A program made the position numbers and the translations under genes. Positions 50,034-60,915 of a DNA stretch of 64,000 bases are shown piece after piece. The notes under the pieces were generated by a model. It did not search any database and had not been told where the DNA came from. It was given only the letters and a program-made list of their open reading frames with translations. Numbering within the stretch: position 1 is the stretch's first letter; the number at the start of each line of letters is the position of its first letter. This stretch comes from Protoeuglena noctilucae (Eukaryota): assembly GCA_958009085.1 (NCBI GenBank), contig OY253689.1, forward strand, positions 62,001 through 126,000. Direction: 5' to 3'.

Positions 50034-50642
50034 TCAGCTGCTGGGTTTGCTGCCCTGCTCCCGGAGAAGCTTGTTCAGCAGCAGCCTGCAGGCGAGACGG
50101 AGGATGAGGCATTGCTAAAATGTGCAATAATTCCGAAATTGAGAAACTGAGCATCGAAATGGTAACTCAAAGCTGATAAGAAGTAGCCACGCACCTGCTC
50201 TGCATCTGCCGCGGGTCGAGGTTGACGAACAAATTCGCGAGAGCGTCTGTGTTCCCATCTGCTGGGTCCGAATCTCTGTCGACCGCGTCCGGTTGAGGGC
50301 CCATGCGATGGTCACGGGCACTTTGCTCGATCTGCACGGCGCGTCGGGCAGCGTGCGTGGATGAATGGCGCGGCGCGGCTCTCGCACTTGCAAATATGCG
50401 CTGTTTTCACGCCCCACCTGCTCCTGGATCGCAGAGGAGCACGGCGCGACCTCCCCGGGACGTTCTTCATCATCCGAGTCTACGCCCTGGGGCTCCGCCG
50501 CATCGCCATGTCGGGAAACGGCTTGCGCAGGGATGCTTTGTGGCACGGACTCCCGTTGCTGCCCTCCCAGCGTCCCCTGGCTCGCCCCGGCATCCCCCAG
50601 CACGACGCCCTTCTTCGCCAGCAACGACTCGTACTTGTTCAT
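50034..50642 (-). CDS. Small hypothetical spliced protein (5' end uncertain)
   Basis: In-frame GT-AG joins give MNKYESLLAKKG...ENSAYLQ|IEQSARD...LANLFVNLDPRQMQSR|LLLNKLLREQGSKPSS*. No family recognised. Confidence 0.45.
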
Positions 50643-51504
50643 CGCTCGGGTAGAGCCACTGCCCAGGGGTCAGACAGCAAATGCGCCTCGAGTTGAGTGC
50701 CTGTGCTGATACAGTGCCTGGGGATGACGAATGCCTGCAGGTGCACACCAATCGCATGAGTGGTTGCGTCGCTCAACTGTGCGACGCCACGGCGGCCGGC
50801 AGGGTCTCTGCCCTCCCCACTTTCGCGGCTGGCGATGCGCCAGAGCGTGCCGTGCCGGCAGCATCTCGCCGGGAGAGCGAGCTGCCGCACGCAATCGCTA
50901 TCCACGGATAGTGGAACACCACACCGCCTTCCTTGTTGCCCGTGACCCTCTCTCCTGCGCTTGTTGCCTTGGCGCAAGCCACGCTTGAACGGACCCATCA
51001 CAGGAGGCGCAGTCCCGGCCCTCCCAGCTCCCAGACAGCCCGGCATCGCTTTCCATGACGGGTCAGGAAGAAACGGTGAGCGGCGGCGTGGTGCGGGGGG
51101 GTCGCGGGAGACGGCCGAGTGAGGCCCGCAGTTGTCGCAACCCTGGAACTTGATTTCTGCGGCATGTTAGACGCATCCGCGCATCTTCTCACAATGAATA
51201 TATGTATCTAAAACGCTCGTCGATGTGTGGAGGGGATCTGATATGCGTAGTTTGAAATCGGACCCCAGACAGCTTAGCGATGCATGGCCCTCCCCTGCGC
51301 TGCGCAACTGCTTTGGAGAGTCAGTCATAATGTACGCGTTTTCTGTTCTACTCAAATATTCCATTTCCGGCTGCCTCTTCCCCTCCCGCTGCCTCGGCGC
51401 GCTCCCAGTGTTACTCGTGTTCGTATTTGATTGCAGGTCCCCGGAACGCGCCGAGCGGAGAGCCTCGCGCTTAGTGAGCCTGCCCTCCCTGACCGCAGAA
51501 ACCA

Positions 51505-54500
51505 ATGACACCTTCAGCTCCTCCGGCTGCGTCGGGGACCCCTCCGCCCGCGCGCGCGGCCCCTGCCGAGCCGCCCACGTCGGCGACCCCCCACCCTGCG
51601 CCGCGCCAGCCCGAGCCGGCGCCGGACGCGGCCTGGTCGATCCGCTCGCCGCTGCCTTTCTTGGGGAAGGTGCCGGTGCGGGTCAGGACCGGCCGGGAGG
51701 GCGCCGTCACTGCGACCAAGGCCCCCGCACCTGAGCCACCGGCAGAGGTGAGGACCCTGTGCCTGTCACATGCGCTGCTGGTATGAGCGAAACAGCGTGT
51801 CAGATGTGCGAGGTATTCATCGTCGATGACGCATAGGAAGTTATGGGCTATATGCTGACAATTGCGAGAGCGAGTGCGTTGCACCAAGCGAGCGTGCATA
51901 CGACACTGAGGTTGTTGTCAGTGAGGCAAACAAAAGGCATCGAATTCCCCGACTTCCCTGTCGCAGGCGGAGGCCCCGAAGAGCGCCATGCGTGCTTTGG
52001 ACACTCCCTATGCCGCCCGCGTCCTGCACCTGTTAGGAGGGACGTCCCCCCGCACGGCCCAGACGCCCGCCCCGCCCCAGGTGCGTCACCTGACGACCCA
52101 GCGACCACTCGTAGACAGGCAACTGGATATCACTGTCAATCATAGCATATAGCATTCAAACAAGCGACCACTTCACACCTCACAGGTGGACGCGTCAGGG
52201 CCGAGGGAGGCGGCTGCGACCACGCCCCTCGCTGTGGAGGCACTGGCAGCACTGCTGGCCGAGGCCCCAGCCAAGCACGCCCCCGCAGACGCCGCACCGG
52301 TTGCACTCGACGCCGCCGCCGCGGTCCCCGTCGCCCCCCTGGGCGTCTTGCAGCCCCGGGATTCGAACGCGGGACCTGCGGCAGGCATGGCGGGGGCGGT
52401 GGGCGAGGCGCCGCAGAGGCACGGCCCGGTGGGGCCGGGGAGTAAGGGGAAGGGGAAGGGGCAGGCATCGGCGCAGGTGAGGGAAGGTATCTGGGGTCCT
52501 GTCATGCGTCAACCATACGCGTATCGCAGCACTGCCCTGGGCGCAGGCCACCTGTCCTGCTGTCACCCACGCACCCACTGGTCCACACCCTTCCCCTCAG
52601 CCCCTCAGCCCCACAAACCTCTTATTGCAGCCATGAGCGTGCACCACCCACATGCTTGCACCCCTCCACCCCTCCTCAGTGCGTGGACTCTGCGTCCGCC
52701 AGGGCCAGCCAGGCCGAGCAACGGGACGGCCCCCGCGGCTGCCACTGCAAGCGGTCCCGTTGCCTGAAGCTCTACTGCGACTGCTTCGCCCAGGGCGTCT
52801 ACTGCCACGACCTCTGCCAGTGCGCCTCCTGCCTCAACGACCCCGCCAACGCGGCGGCGGTGTACGACGCCCGCGTGGCCATCATGAAGAGGACACCGGA
52901 GGCATTCACGCCCAAGGCGAGTGGGGTCGAGGGGATGGGGGGTGGGGTCGAGACACATCGCATGTACTGCGTAGTCTTTTACTGTGCACTGCAGCATGTA
53001 CAAGCATGTACAAGAGTGACCCAGTTACTCTGCGTCGGTGCTGTCAGTTATCAATGACATGACTAGCAACGCTCGCCCCGCTTTGGCTTCCCAAACCCAG
53101 GTGTCCTACGAGGCCGAGGCGCACCGCCGCGGGTGCAAGTGCCGTCGGTCCAAGTGCCTCAAGAAGTACTGCGAGTGCTTCCAGAACGGGGTGGCGTGCA
53201 CGGACCTCTGCAAGTGCACGGGGTGCGCCAACCGGGGAGGGGCGGGGAAGGGACCCGACGCACCGGCGCCGAAGCAGGTCAGGGTTGGAGGGGGGGGGGT
53301 AGCACAGCTGGATGTGCGTGGGAGGGGCGGTCGGAGCGAAGTGCAGTCGTGCGTGTGATCAAGGTCGTGACGAAAACTGTCTAATTGCGATGTCTAGTGG
53401 CGGTGACATGACGTGTAGCTGCCATGCGCGGTGCCGTGACAGCTCGTAAGATGCCTTCGCCCGTCGCAGAAGGGCGGCGTGCAGAAGGCAAAGGCCAAGG
53501 TGGTGCACCGCGTGGTAGCTGCGGAGAGAGTGGTGGCTTCGGAGAGGGTGAAGGGAGCTGAGGTGGCGGCGGTGAAGAGGGCTCCGGAGGTGGCGGCGGT
53601 GCGGGGGGCGACGGCGGCGGCGGTGGCGAACGGTGAGGGGCGAGGGTCCGATGCTAAGAGCTCGTGAGATTGTATCTGACCATGTCCTGTTCTTGTCACG
53701 AAAGCACAGAGCACACGTAGGCATTACATGCGGTCTCCACATCTGACGCTATCCCGCTCTTTGCCACCGCAGTGCCGCCCGCCGGCCCAGCGCCGCAGCC
53801 GCGGTCCCACGGCCGCCACGGCACGCGCGCAGCGGTGGCGCGGGAGACGGCGGGGCGCGAGTGCGGCGTTCGCGGTTCGGCAGACGCCCCAGAGGGACCC
53901 GCCACGTGGTCACGCGCCAGCCCCACCCTGCCCCCGGCAGCGGCGGCTGGGGCGACTGTCATGGGCGCAGCGTCCGTCGATGTTGGGGCGGCCCTTAGGG
54001 GCTCTGGCGCTTCCCAGGGACGCCGGGGGCGGCGTGGCAGCGCGAGGGGCAGCGACGTGGGCAGCGATAGGGGCAGTGGTGGTTGGGGGAGTGAGGGGCG
54101 CAAGGGCGGTGCGTTGGGTGCGGAGGGGCCGATGGGACCTGTTGATGCGGCGAGGCGCCTGGTGGGCTTTGCTGACGACGACAGCGACAGCGACAGCGAG
54201 GGCGGTGGTGGTGGTGGTGGTGGTGGTGGCGGGGCTGTTGCGGTGGGGGCGGCTGGGGCGGAGGTGGCGATGGGTGTGGATGTCGAGAGCAACAGTGCGG
54301 TGGTCCAGATGCCGCTTGTGGGTGTCAATGTCGATGCCAAGGCCGGGGCTGCAGAGGCGTGGGCCGTTCCGCCGATGCTGGCACCGATGCTGGCGCCAGA
54401 GTCGACGGTGTCGCTGCCCTTGGGCGTGGGGCAGGGCCTCGGTACTGCGGTCGGTGGCATGAAGGGAGCAGGCATTGGGGTGGCGGGCATGACTGGAGCC

Positions 54501-55301
54501 GGCGTGAGTGGGGCAGGCTTGGGCGGGGCAGGATTGGGCAGCGTGAAGGGTGAGGGGCTGGTCGTGGGTGCTGGTGGTGGCGAGGGTGTGGGTGGGGAAA
54601 TGGAATCGAGTTTGGCGGTGGGTGGGGAGATGCCCGGGGTTGCGGGTGTCAGCAGCGGGGTGGTAAAGCAGGATGGTGCGGGGATGACCGGGGCTGGTGC
54701 CGCAGTCGTCGCAACAGGCGGTGTTGACACGGCAAACGAAGGTGGTGCTGTGGCCGATGCACCGGTCGCGGGCCCTGCAGCCCAAGAGGGCCCGCAGGGC
54801 GACGACATGGGTGTGATCGATGCCGAAGCGGCTCTCATGTGCACTGAGGAGCTGCCAGGGGCCGGCGCCAGTGCCACGGTTGATGCCGATGTGGCGCTGA
54901 CATGCAGCGAGGAGCTGCCGGGTGAAGACGGGGCGTTGCAGGGCAAGACGATGCGTCGGCTGTGGCCGGGGACCCTGGGCCGGCGCCGGACGCGTGAACG
55001 GGCGGCGGGGGAGGGTGGTGGCGATGGGTCCGTCGAGGTCGGTGGGGGCGATGGTGGGGTGGGTGAGCTGGCTGGTGGTGACGAGGGGGCGGTGGCTGGG
55101 GCCATGGTGGCTGAGCCTCCGGCTGGCACTGTGGTTTGTGCGGTGGCTGAGCCAATGACCGGTGCAGTGGCTGGCACTGTGGCTGAGCCCATGGCAGTCT
55201 CTGCTGAGCGTACGGCCAAGCGTGCTCGCGTGGTGCCGGGCCCTGCTAAGGGAGCGCTGCGGGAAGTGACAAACCTGGTCCCGCAGAACGGGGGGCGGTA
55301 A
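51505..55301 (+). CDS. Tesmin/TSO1/LIN54-like protein with two CXC (CRC) domains and a long Gly/Ala/Val-rich tail
   Basis: GCHCKRSRCLKLYCDCFAQGVYCHDLCQCASCLN, linker RTPEAFTPK, then HRRGCKCRRSKCLKKYCECFQNGVACTDLCKCTGCAN. Confidence 0.9.
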
Positions 55302-55934
55302 CTGTGGCTGTGGCGGTGCACTGATCACGGTGCTGTCAGTGTGGGTGGCGGTAGCAGTTGCACTTGCCGCTTCATTAATTGGTTTTGAAAGCTGTGGGGA
55401 GAAATGGCAGTGGGCATTAAGTCCCTCTGCGTTTGTCCGAGTGAAAGCGCTGAGAGACCGAGCCGAAAGACTCCCTTGGCTCTTCCAATCGCTGTCAGTC
55501 CCCCTGTCGAGTTTCAAGCCACCTCTACGCATACTGCCGGTCGCACCGAACGATGCTTAAGATGTGGTCTCTTTCACAACAGCATTAACCCCCCCGGCAA
55601 CTGAAGGAGCACGGCCACACACGGGTGCAAATGCAAATGCATGGCAGGACTAAGGTTGCTGTGCTTTTTGTGCTATGAGACACCGAGCAGCAATCCAAAA
55701 CGGCACAGCATCCAGAAAGGCAGGTCTGGTATGGGCATCACACCCAGGCAGCGCAAGGCACTTGCGGCGAGTGCAGTGGCAGTGACAGCTTCACCGGACC
55801 ATGGTGAAGCATAAGAGCAGGAGACCGAGACGGCGTGAAAAGGAACGCCAGACGCGCGCGTGACTCGAACCTGGGACACCACAGGTCGCGTGTCTCCTGC
55901 CCCGCCCCCGCTGCCCTGCCACATCCACCAGCCA

Positions 55935-56190
55935 CCCCTCCCTCCTCCCTCTCCCCTTGCTACGCTTCCCACACCTCCCCCCTGCACCCCCTTATCCTCC
56001 TTACACCCCAACCCCTGCCCCCCCACCCCCCTCATCCCATCAACCCGCCCACCATTACCCAAAACACCCCACCACCTCCCACCCCACACTCTCCACCCCC
56101 GCACCCCAACACCGCCCACCCACTCCCTCACCCCCCCACCCCCACCCCCTCCCACACACACCCACACACCCCATCAACCCCCCGCCCCTC
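55935..56190. repeat. Low-complexity C-rich tract (G-rich on the minus strand) just after the DDM1 stop codon
   Basis: Many C3-C7 runs separated by short A/T-containing spacers over about 250 nt. Confidence 0.7.
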
Positions 56191-59100
56191 ATGCCCCGTC
56201 GCGCACCGTCCCCAGCCCCCCCTGCTGCGCGGACCCGACCTGCCGCGTCAGCTCGTACCCTGGCCCCTGTAAGGGGAAGGGCGGCTCGGTGCCGTCCGAG
56301 ATGTGCCTTCTGTCCAATAGCTTCTCGAGCATTTCCTCCGATATCTCCGCCGACTGGGCGCTGCTGGACATCGCTGCCCCTGATTCGAGTAGCTGACTCA
56401 GCTCCTCGAAACTGAATCCCCCCGTGGACCGCGACGCCGCTAACTTGTCCACGTCCTTGAAGGTCCCCTTCTTGAGCACCAGCTGCTCCAGCTGCATCTT
56501 GGACCCGGCTCGCTTGAGCATCTTGCCGTCGACGGAGTGGGCGGTCACCAGGCGAAGGACGAGCACCGGGCGCGTCTGGCCGATGCGGTGGCAGCGGTCC
56601 ATGGCCTGCATGTCCTGGTGCGGGTTCCAGTCCTGGGGTTAAGAGAGGGAGTGTGAGTGAGTGAGTGAGAGTAAGTGAGGGAGTGCGGGAGTGAGTGGGT
56701 GAGTGAGTGAGTCAGTGAGAGTTTGCATGCCCGGTGGTGCTGGTGCAAGTGACCCTCACCGAGTCGTAGAAGATGACCGTGTCCATTCATATACACTCAT
56801 CCACTACCTCCATCACCCCTCACCGAGTCGTAGAAGATGACTGTGTCTGATAGATATATCATAACTCTTAGTAGATTGCTCTAACAACTCAACCCACCCA
56901 TCGCATCCACTCACCGAGTCGTAGAAGATGACCGTGTCGGCGCCCGTCAGGTTGATCCCCAGCCCCCCCGCGCGCGTGGACAGCAGGAAGACCTTGATGT
57001 CCCCCCTCTCATTAAAAGCCTTCATCGCGTCCCTCCTCTCCTGCCACGTCGTGCTGCCGTCCAAACGACAGGATGGCACGCGCGACTGGGACAGGTACAC
57101 CTCGATCAGGTCCAGCATCCGCACCATCTGGCTGAAGATGAGGACCTTGTGGCCGCGGGCCAGGAGCTTGGTGAGCAGGCTGGGGGGGAGAGGGGGGGGA
57201 GTGATGTTGTGGTGGCGTGGGTGTGGGTTGAAAAACTGGCTGGGTTGTAGTGCATATCCATCCATGAATCATCATCAATCCACTCTCATCACCACCACCC
57301 CTCATTAATTTCCCATCTCACCGGTCCATGAGCTGCATCTTCCCCGACTGGCTGACGAGCTCGTGGCGCGTGGGCAGCCCCCCGTTGTCCCGCAGCGCCC
57401 CCGTGATGAGCTCCGGGTGATTGGCCACCTTGCGCATCTGCATGATGATGTTGTTAAGGGAGGTGGAGGCCATGCTGGTGACGCCCTCGCGCCTCGCCAG
57501 GGCGCGGAGCTCGTGCTGCAGCTCCCCGGACAGCAGCTTCTGCGTCATGTCGATCTGCAATGGGTGGGGAGGGGTGATGAGGGGTGGGAATGGGGGGTTG
57601 GGATATGATTGGGTCAATTTGATGGGGTTGGGCAAGCACCAAGCACCCCTGACATCGACACCAACCCCATGCCTTCACAAGCACCCCTCCCCATCTCCTC
57701 GCCTGCTTGTCCTTCATCTGCGCGAACAGGATGACCTCCCTTTTCCCCGGCACCTCGTAGTCGACGTCGGACTTGAGCCGCCGCAGCAGGAAGGGCTGCA
57801 GGATGCGGTGCAGCTTCCCAATCACCTCCGCGCGCTGCTCGTCCTTCGTCTGCTCGGACCTCTGGGGGGTTTCAGAGGGAGGGGCTAGTGTTGAAATCAA
57901 TCATGGATTTGTCTGCTCGGACCTCTGTTACGAGGAGGGGGGGGTGGGAGGGGCAGAGTTGGTGTGGGCAAGGATGTGTCATTCGCTCAGCCTGCTACTA
58001 GTACATACACAATCGTGAGATGGTTACCACACTCAACACCCACCACACAACCACCCCCACCAACCCCCTCACCGCCTCCCCGTTCTCGTCCACCATGTCC
58101 GCAAAGTCGAACCACTCCTCGAACTGCTCCAGCTTGTCAAACACGTCGGGCAGCAGGAAATTGAGCAGCGACCACAGCTCGCTCAGGTTGTTCTGGAGCG
58201 GCGTGCCGGTGAGCAGCAGCTTGTTGTCGACCGGGATCTGACGCAGCTCTCGGATCAGGCGGCAGTTGAAGTTCTTGAGGCGGTGGCCCTCGTCCACCAC
58301 CAGGTACTTCCAGTGGTACCGCTGCAGGAACTTGCGATCCGCAATGACGATCTCGTAAGAAGATACCACCACGGGGAAGTCGCGCGTGTTGGGGCTGCGG
58401 AGCTCGGTCGCACGCAGCGCCTGACGCTCCTCCTTCGTGCCGTGGTACAGCAGGGCCTTGAGGGACGGGCACCAGTTCTCGATCTCGTGGACCCAGTTGG
58501 CCAGCGTGGAGAGGGGGCCCACGACCAGGAAGGGGCCGTAGATGCCCTTGTGCACCAGGTGACTGCGGGGGTGAATGGGGGTGGTGGTGGTGTTGGGTGT
58601 TGGGTAAGTGAGACTTGAAACATGAGGCGATTTGGCACAGCGAGTGGTGCATGGTGCGCCTGCTTTACAGACGCCGCTGGCTGTTTCAGGTCTCACCTGA
58701 AGAGGCCGATCGTCTGCACGGTCTTGCCCAGACCCATCTGCGAGCGCGAAGCCAAGCCACCTGTCGCTGTGAGCCGCTGCCGGGCGACAAGCTCGCGTCA
58801 CTTTGATATGCATGAGAACAGTGAATCCGCAATCATATGTACACCGCCGTTCGAAGGACTCACCTCGTCCGCCAGGATGCCGCTGAGGCCGTTGTGCCAC
58901 AGCGACGTCAGCCACGCGATGCCCTTGAGCTGGTAGTCCTTGAGCACGCCCCCCTCCAGCAGCGGCGTGAACTCCTTCTGCACCACCTCCAGCCCCTGCG
59001 GTCGCAAATGGCGTGCCAAAGCGCCTCAGCCGCGCGCATCCGCACGCACATCGCGCATCCAGCCCTCGCAGTCCCACTCGCGAAAACCCCTCCCGGCGCT

Positions 59101-59802
59101 CCCGATCCATCCCATCCTCCGCAGTGATATTATGTAGCTCTAATTACCCCTAACCGCTGCCCTCGCCTTCTCCCGCAGGTCTTTCTCGACCTGCATGGTC
59201 GCGTCGAGCGGCCGCGGCTCCTTCGACTTGCCATTCTTCGCGCCCCCGCCCTCCGTCTTGGCGTACAGCTGCTCCGTCAGGAAGCTCGAGTACATCTCCG
59301 TGCGCTCCAGCAGCTTCTGCAGTAAGTTGTACTTCTGACCCTCCAGCTTGGCCATCGCCTTGGCCTTCTTGGCGCGGCGCCGCTCCTCCTCCTCCCGCTC
59401 CCGCTCCTGCGAGATGTCGAGAAGGCATGACTCGAGGTCGCGCACCGGCCGCGCGGGGCGATGCGGGCGCAGGGACGCGTCCCGCACGCACAGCCTCGCT
59501 CCACACGTGCCTTGCGCAGCGCCTCCTCCTCGTCGTCGATGTGGCCGTCGTCCAGCGCATCGCGCGTGTGCGCCGCGTCGTGCGGCTCGTCATGGCCATG
59601 GTGGAAGTCGCCGTTCTCCCCCAGGCGCGCCCGCTTCACCATCGGGCCATTGTCCGCGACCTCCGCCTCGTCCAGCGCGGGGACGGCCGCCCCCTGCGAT
59701 GCGGGGAAAAAAGAGAGGTCTTCGAAGCCGCAGTCTCTCGGGCGCAGGGACGGCCGCGACCGCCGCCTGCCGCTGCCGTACCGGGTAGTACGTGTACGCC
59801 AT
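56189..59802 (-). CDS. DDM1: SNF2-family chromatin remodeller DDM1/LSH (HELLS)
   Basis: [136 protein letters not shown]. Confidence 0.95.
56643..56722. repeat. Imperfect (GAGT)n/(ACTC)n microsatellite inside a DDM1 intron
   Basis: gagtgtgagtgagtgagtgagagtaagtgagggagtgcgggagtgagtgggtgagtgagtgagtcagtgagagt. Confidence 0.85.
56755..56938 (-). repeat. Three copies of a 29-nt DDM1 exon end plus 5' splice site
   Basis: ctcaccgagtcgtagaagatgaccgtgtc at 56755-56783, 56819-56847 (one mismatch) and 56910-56938 (true junction). Confidence 0.92.
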
Positions 59803-60915
59803 GGCCAGAGCGCGGCCTGGTCCCGACCCCGCCCGCGCGAGGGCGCCACCCCGTCGCAGTCCCTAGCGAGCCTTCCGACTGTCCGGTCCGCGGATCCTGC
59901 GCGGGGAAGGGCGCCGAGATCCCCGCCTGATACATCGCCAGCTGCCGCACCACCCCGCTGCGCGGCGCGGGGGTACCGCGGGCGGCGCTGCTTCGCGGCT
60001 CAGGAGATCGACACGCGATGGCACCATCGCTGATCGGCAAGCCGGCCCAGCAGCGCCGCAGACCGGCACAGAGGGGGTGAGGGCGGCAGCGTGCAGGCCG
60101 TCACTGCCGCATCGCCTCGAGGCGATCGAACCTCCCCCCATCCGAGCAACAGAACGAAGATGTCCCAAGCAATCGCTTGCAGCCATCGCTGGGCCGGCCG
60201 GGTCTGCCTGGCGAAGCGGACCGCGAGGTCCCTGGGGGTGGGCCCCTGGCGTCCCCGGCGATCGGCCGCGGGCCCGCGCCGATCCCACGGAGCACAAAAT
60301 GTCCGATGAGATCGACAGAAATGGGAGGGGCGGCCCGGAGGCCTCGGCGCGGCGCAGGGCGGTTCCCGGGGCGCCACGCCGGGTTCCGGGGCGGCGGGAG
60401 CGGTCCTGCCGTCTCCGCGAGATGGAAATGCCTCACCTCACAACGGCGCTCAATGCCTCCCTCCAAGACCCGGCAGGAAAGCGGGAGCTAGTGCGCGGGC
60501 ATCGATGGCGGGCCGGGAAGGGGCAGAAGGGCAGCGGCGCGTTCACGAGAGCTATGAAATAACAAATGTAGGCATATGGCGATGACACGGGCGGCGCGGG
60601 GGGGCAGGCAAGGCAGTCGGGCTCGGTCAAGCGTCCCGTCTGTCTGTCTGTCTTGCGGGAACTTTGAACGGAGTGCGCGCCTCGTCCATGTCGGCCAGAG
60701 AGGTGGTTGTCTGGACGCGATATCTCCCTTCCACGCGGTCGCCGGGTGTTTCGGATCGCCCCTAGCCCACCCTTGCTTTGGCAAGCGCTCTGCGTGTGGC
60801 AGCGCAGAGGCTGGCGCGACCGCGCGTCTCCCGGGGCTGAGGTCGCTTGATGCATCGGAGGGTAACTCAAGGCAGAACCTGAGGAGGCTGTCGTCGCCCG
60901 AGCACCTCGCGGCCG

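Noticed and set aside
53696..55532. Two long minus-strand ORFs (541 and 540 aa)
   Set aside because: They are antisense shadows of the low-complexity last exon of the CXC gene; high GC suppresses stop codons.
56755..56938. 29-nt direct repeats with spacers, superficially CRISPR-like
   Set aside because: The repeat is the DDM1 exon end and donor, spacing is irregular, there are only three copies, and there are no cas genes in this eukaryotic context.
51505..59802. Functional clustering of the LIN54/TSO1-like gene and DDM1
   Set aside because: Adjacency alone in a gene-dense genome is not evidence of co-regulation.
60077..60562. ORF between DDM1 and the hypothetical gene at 60916
   Set aside because: Arg/Gly/Pro-biased sequence in a divergent promoter region, with no homology or splice link I can support.
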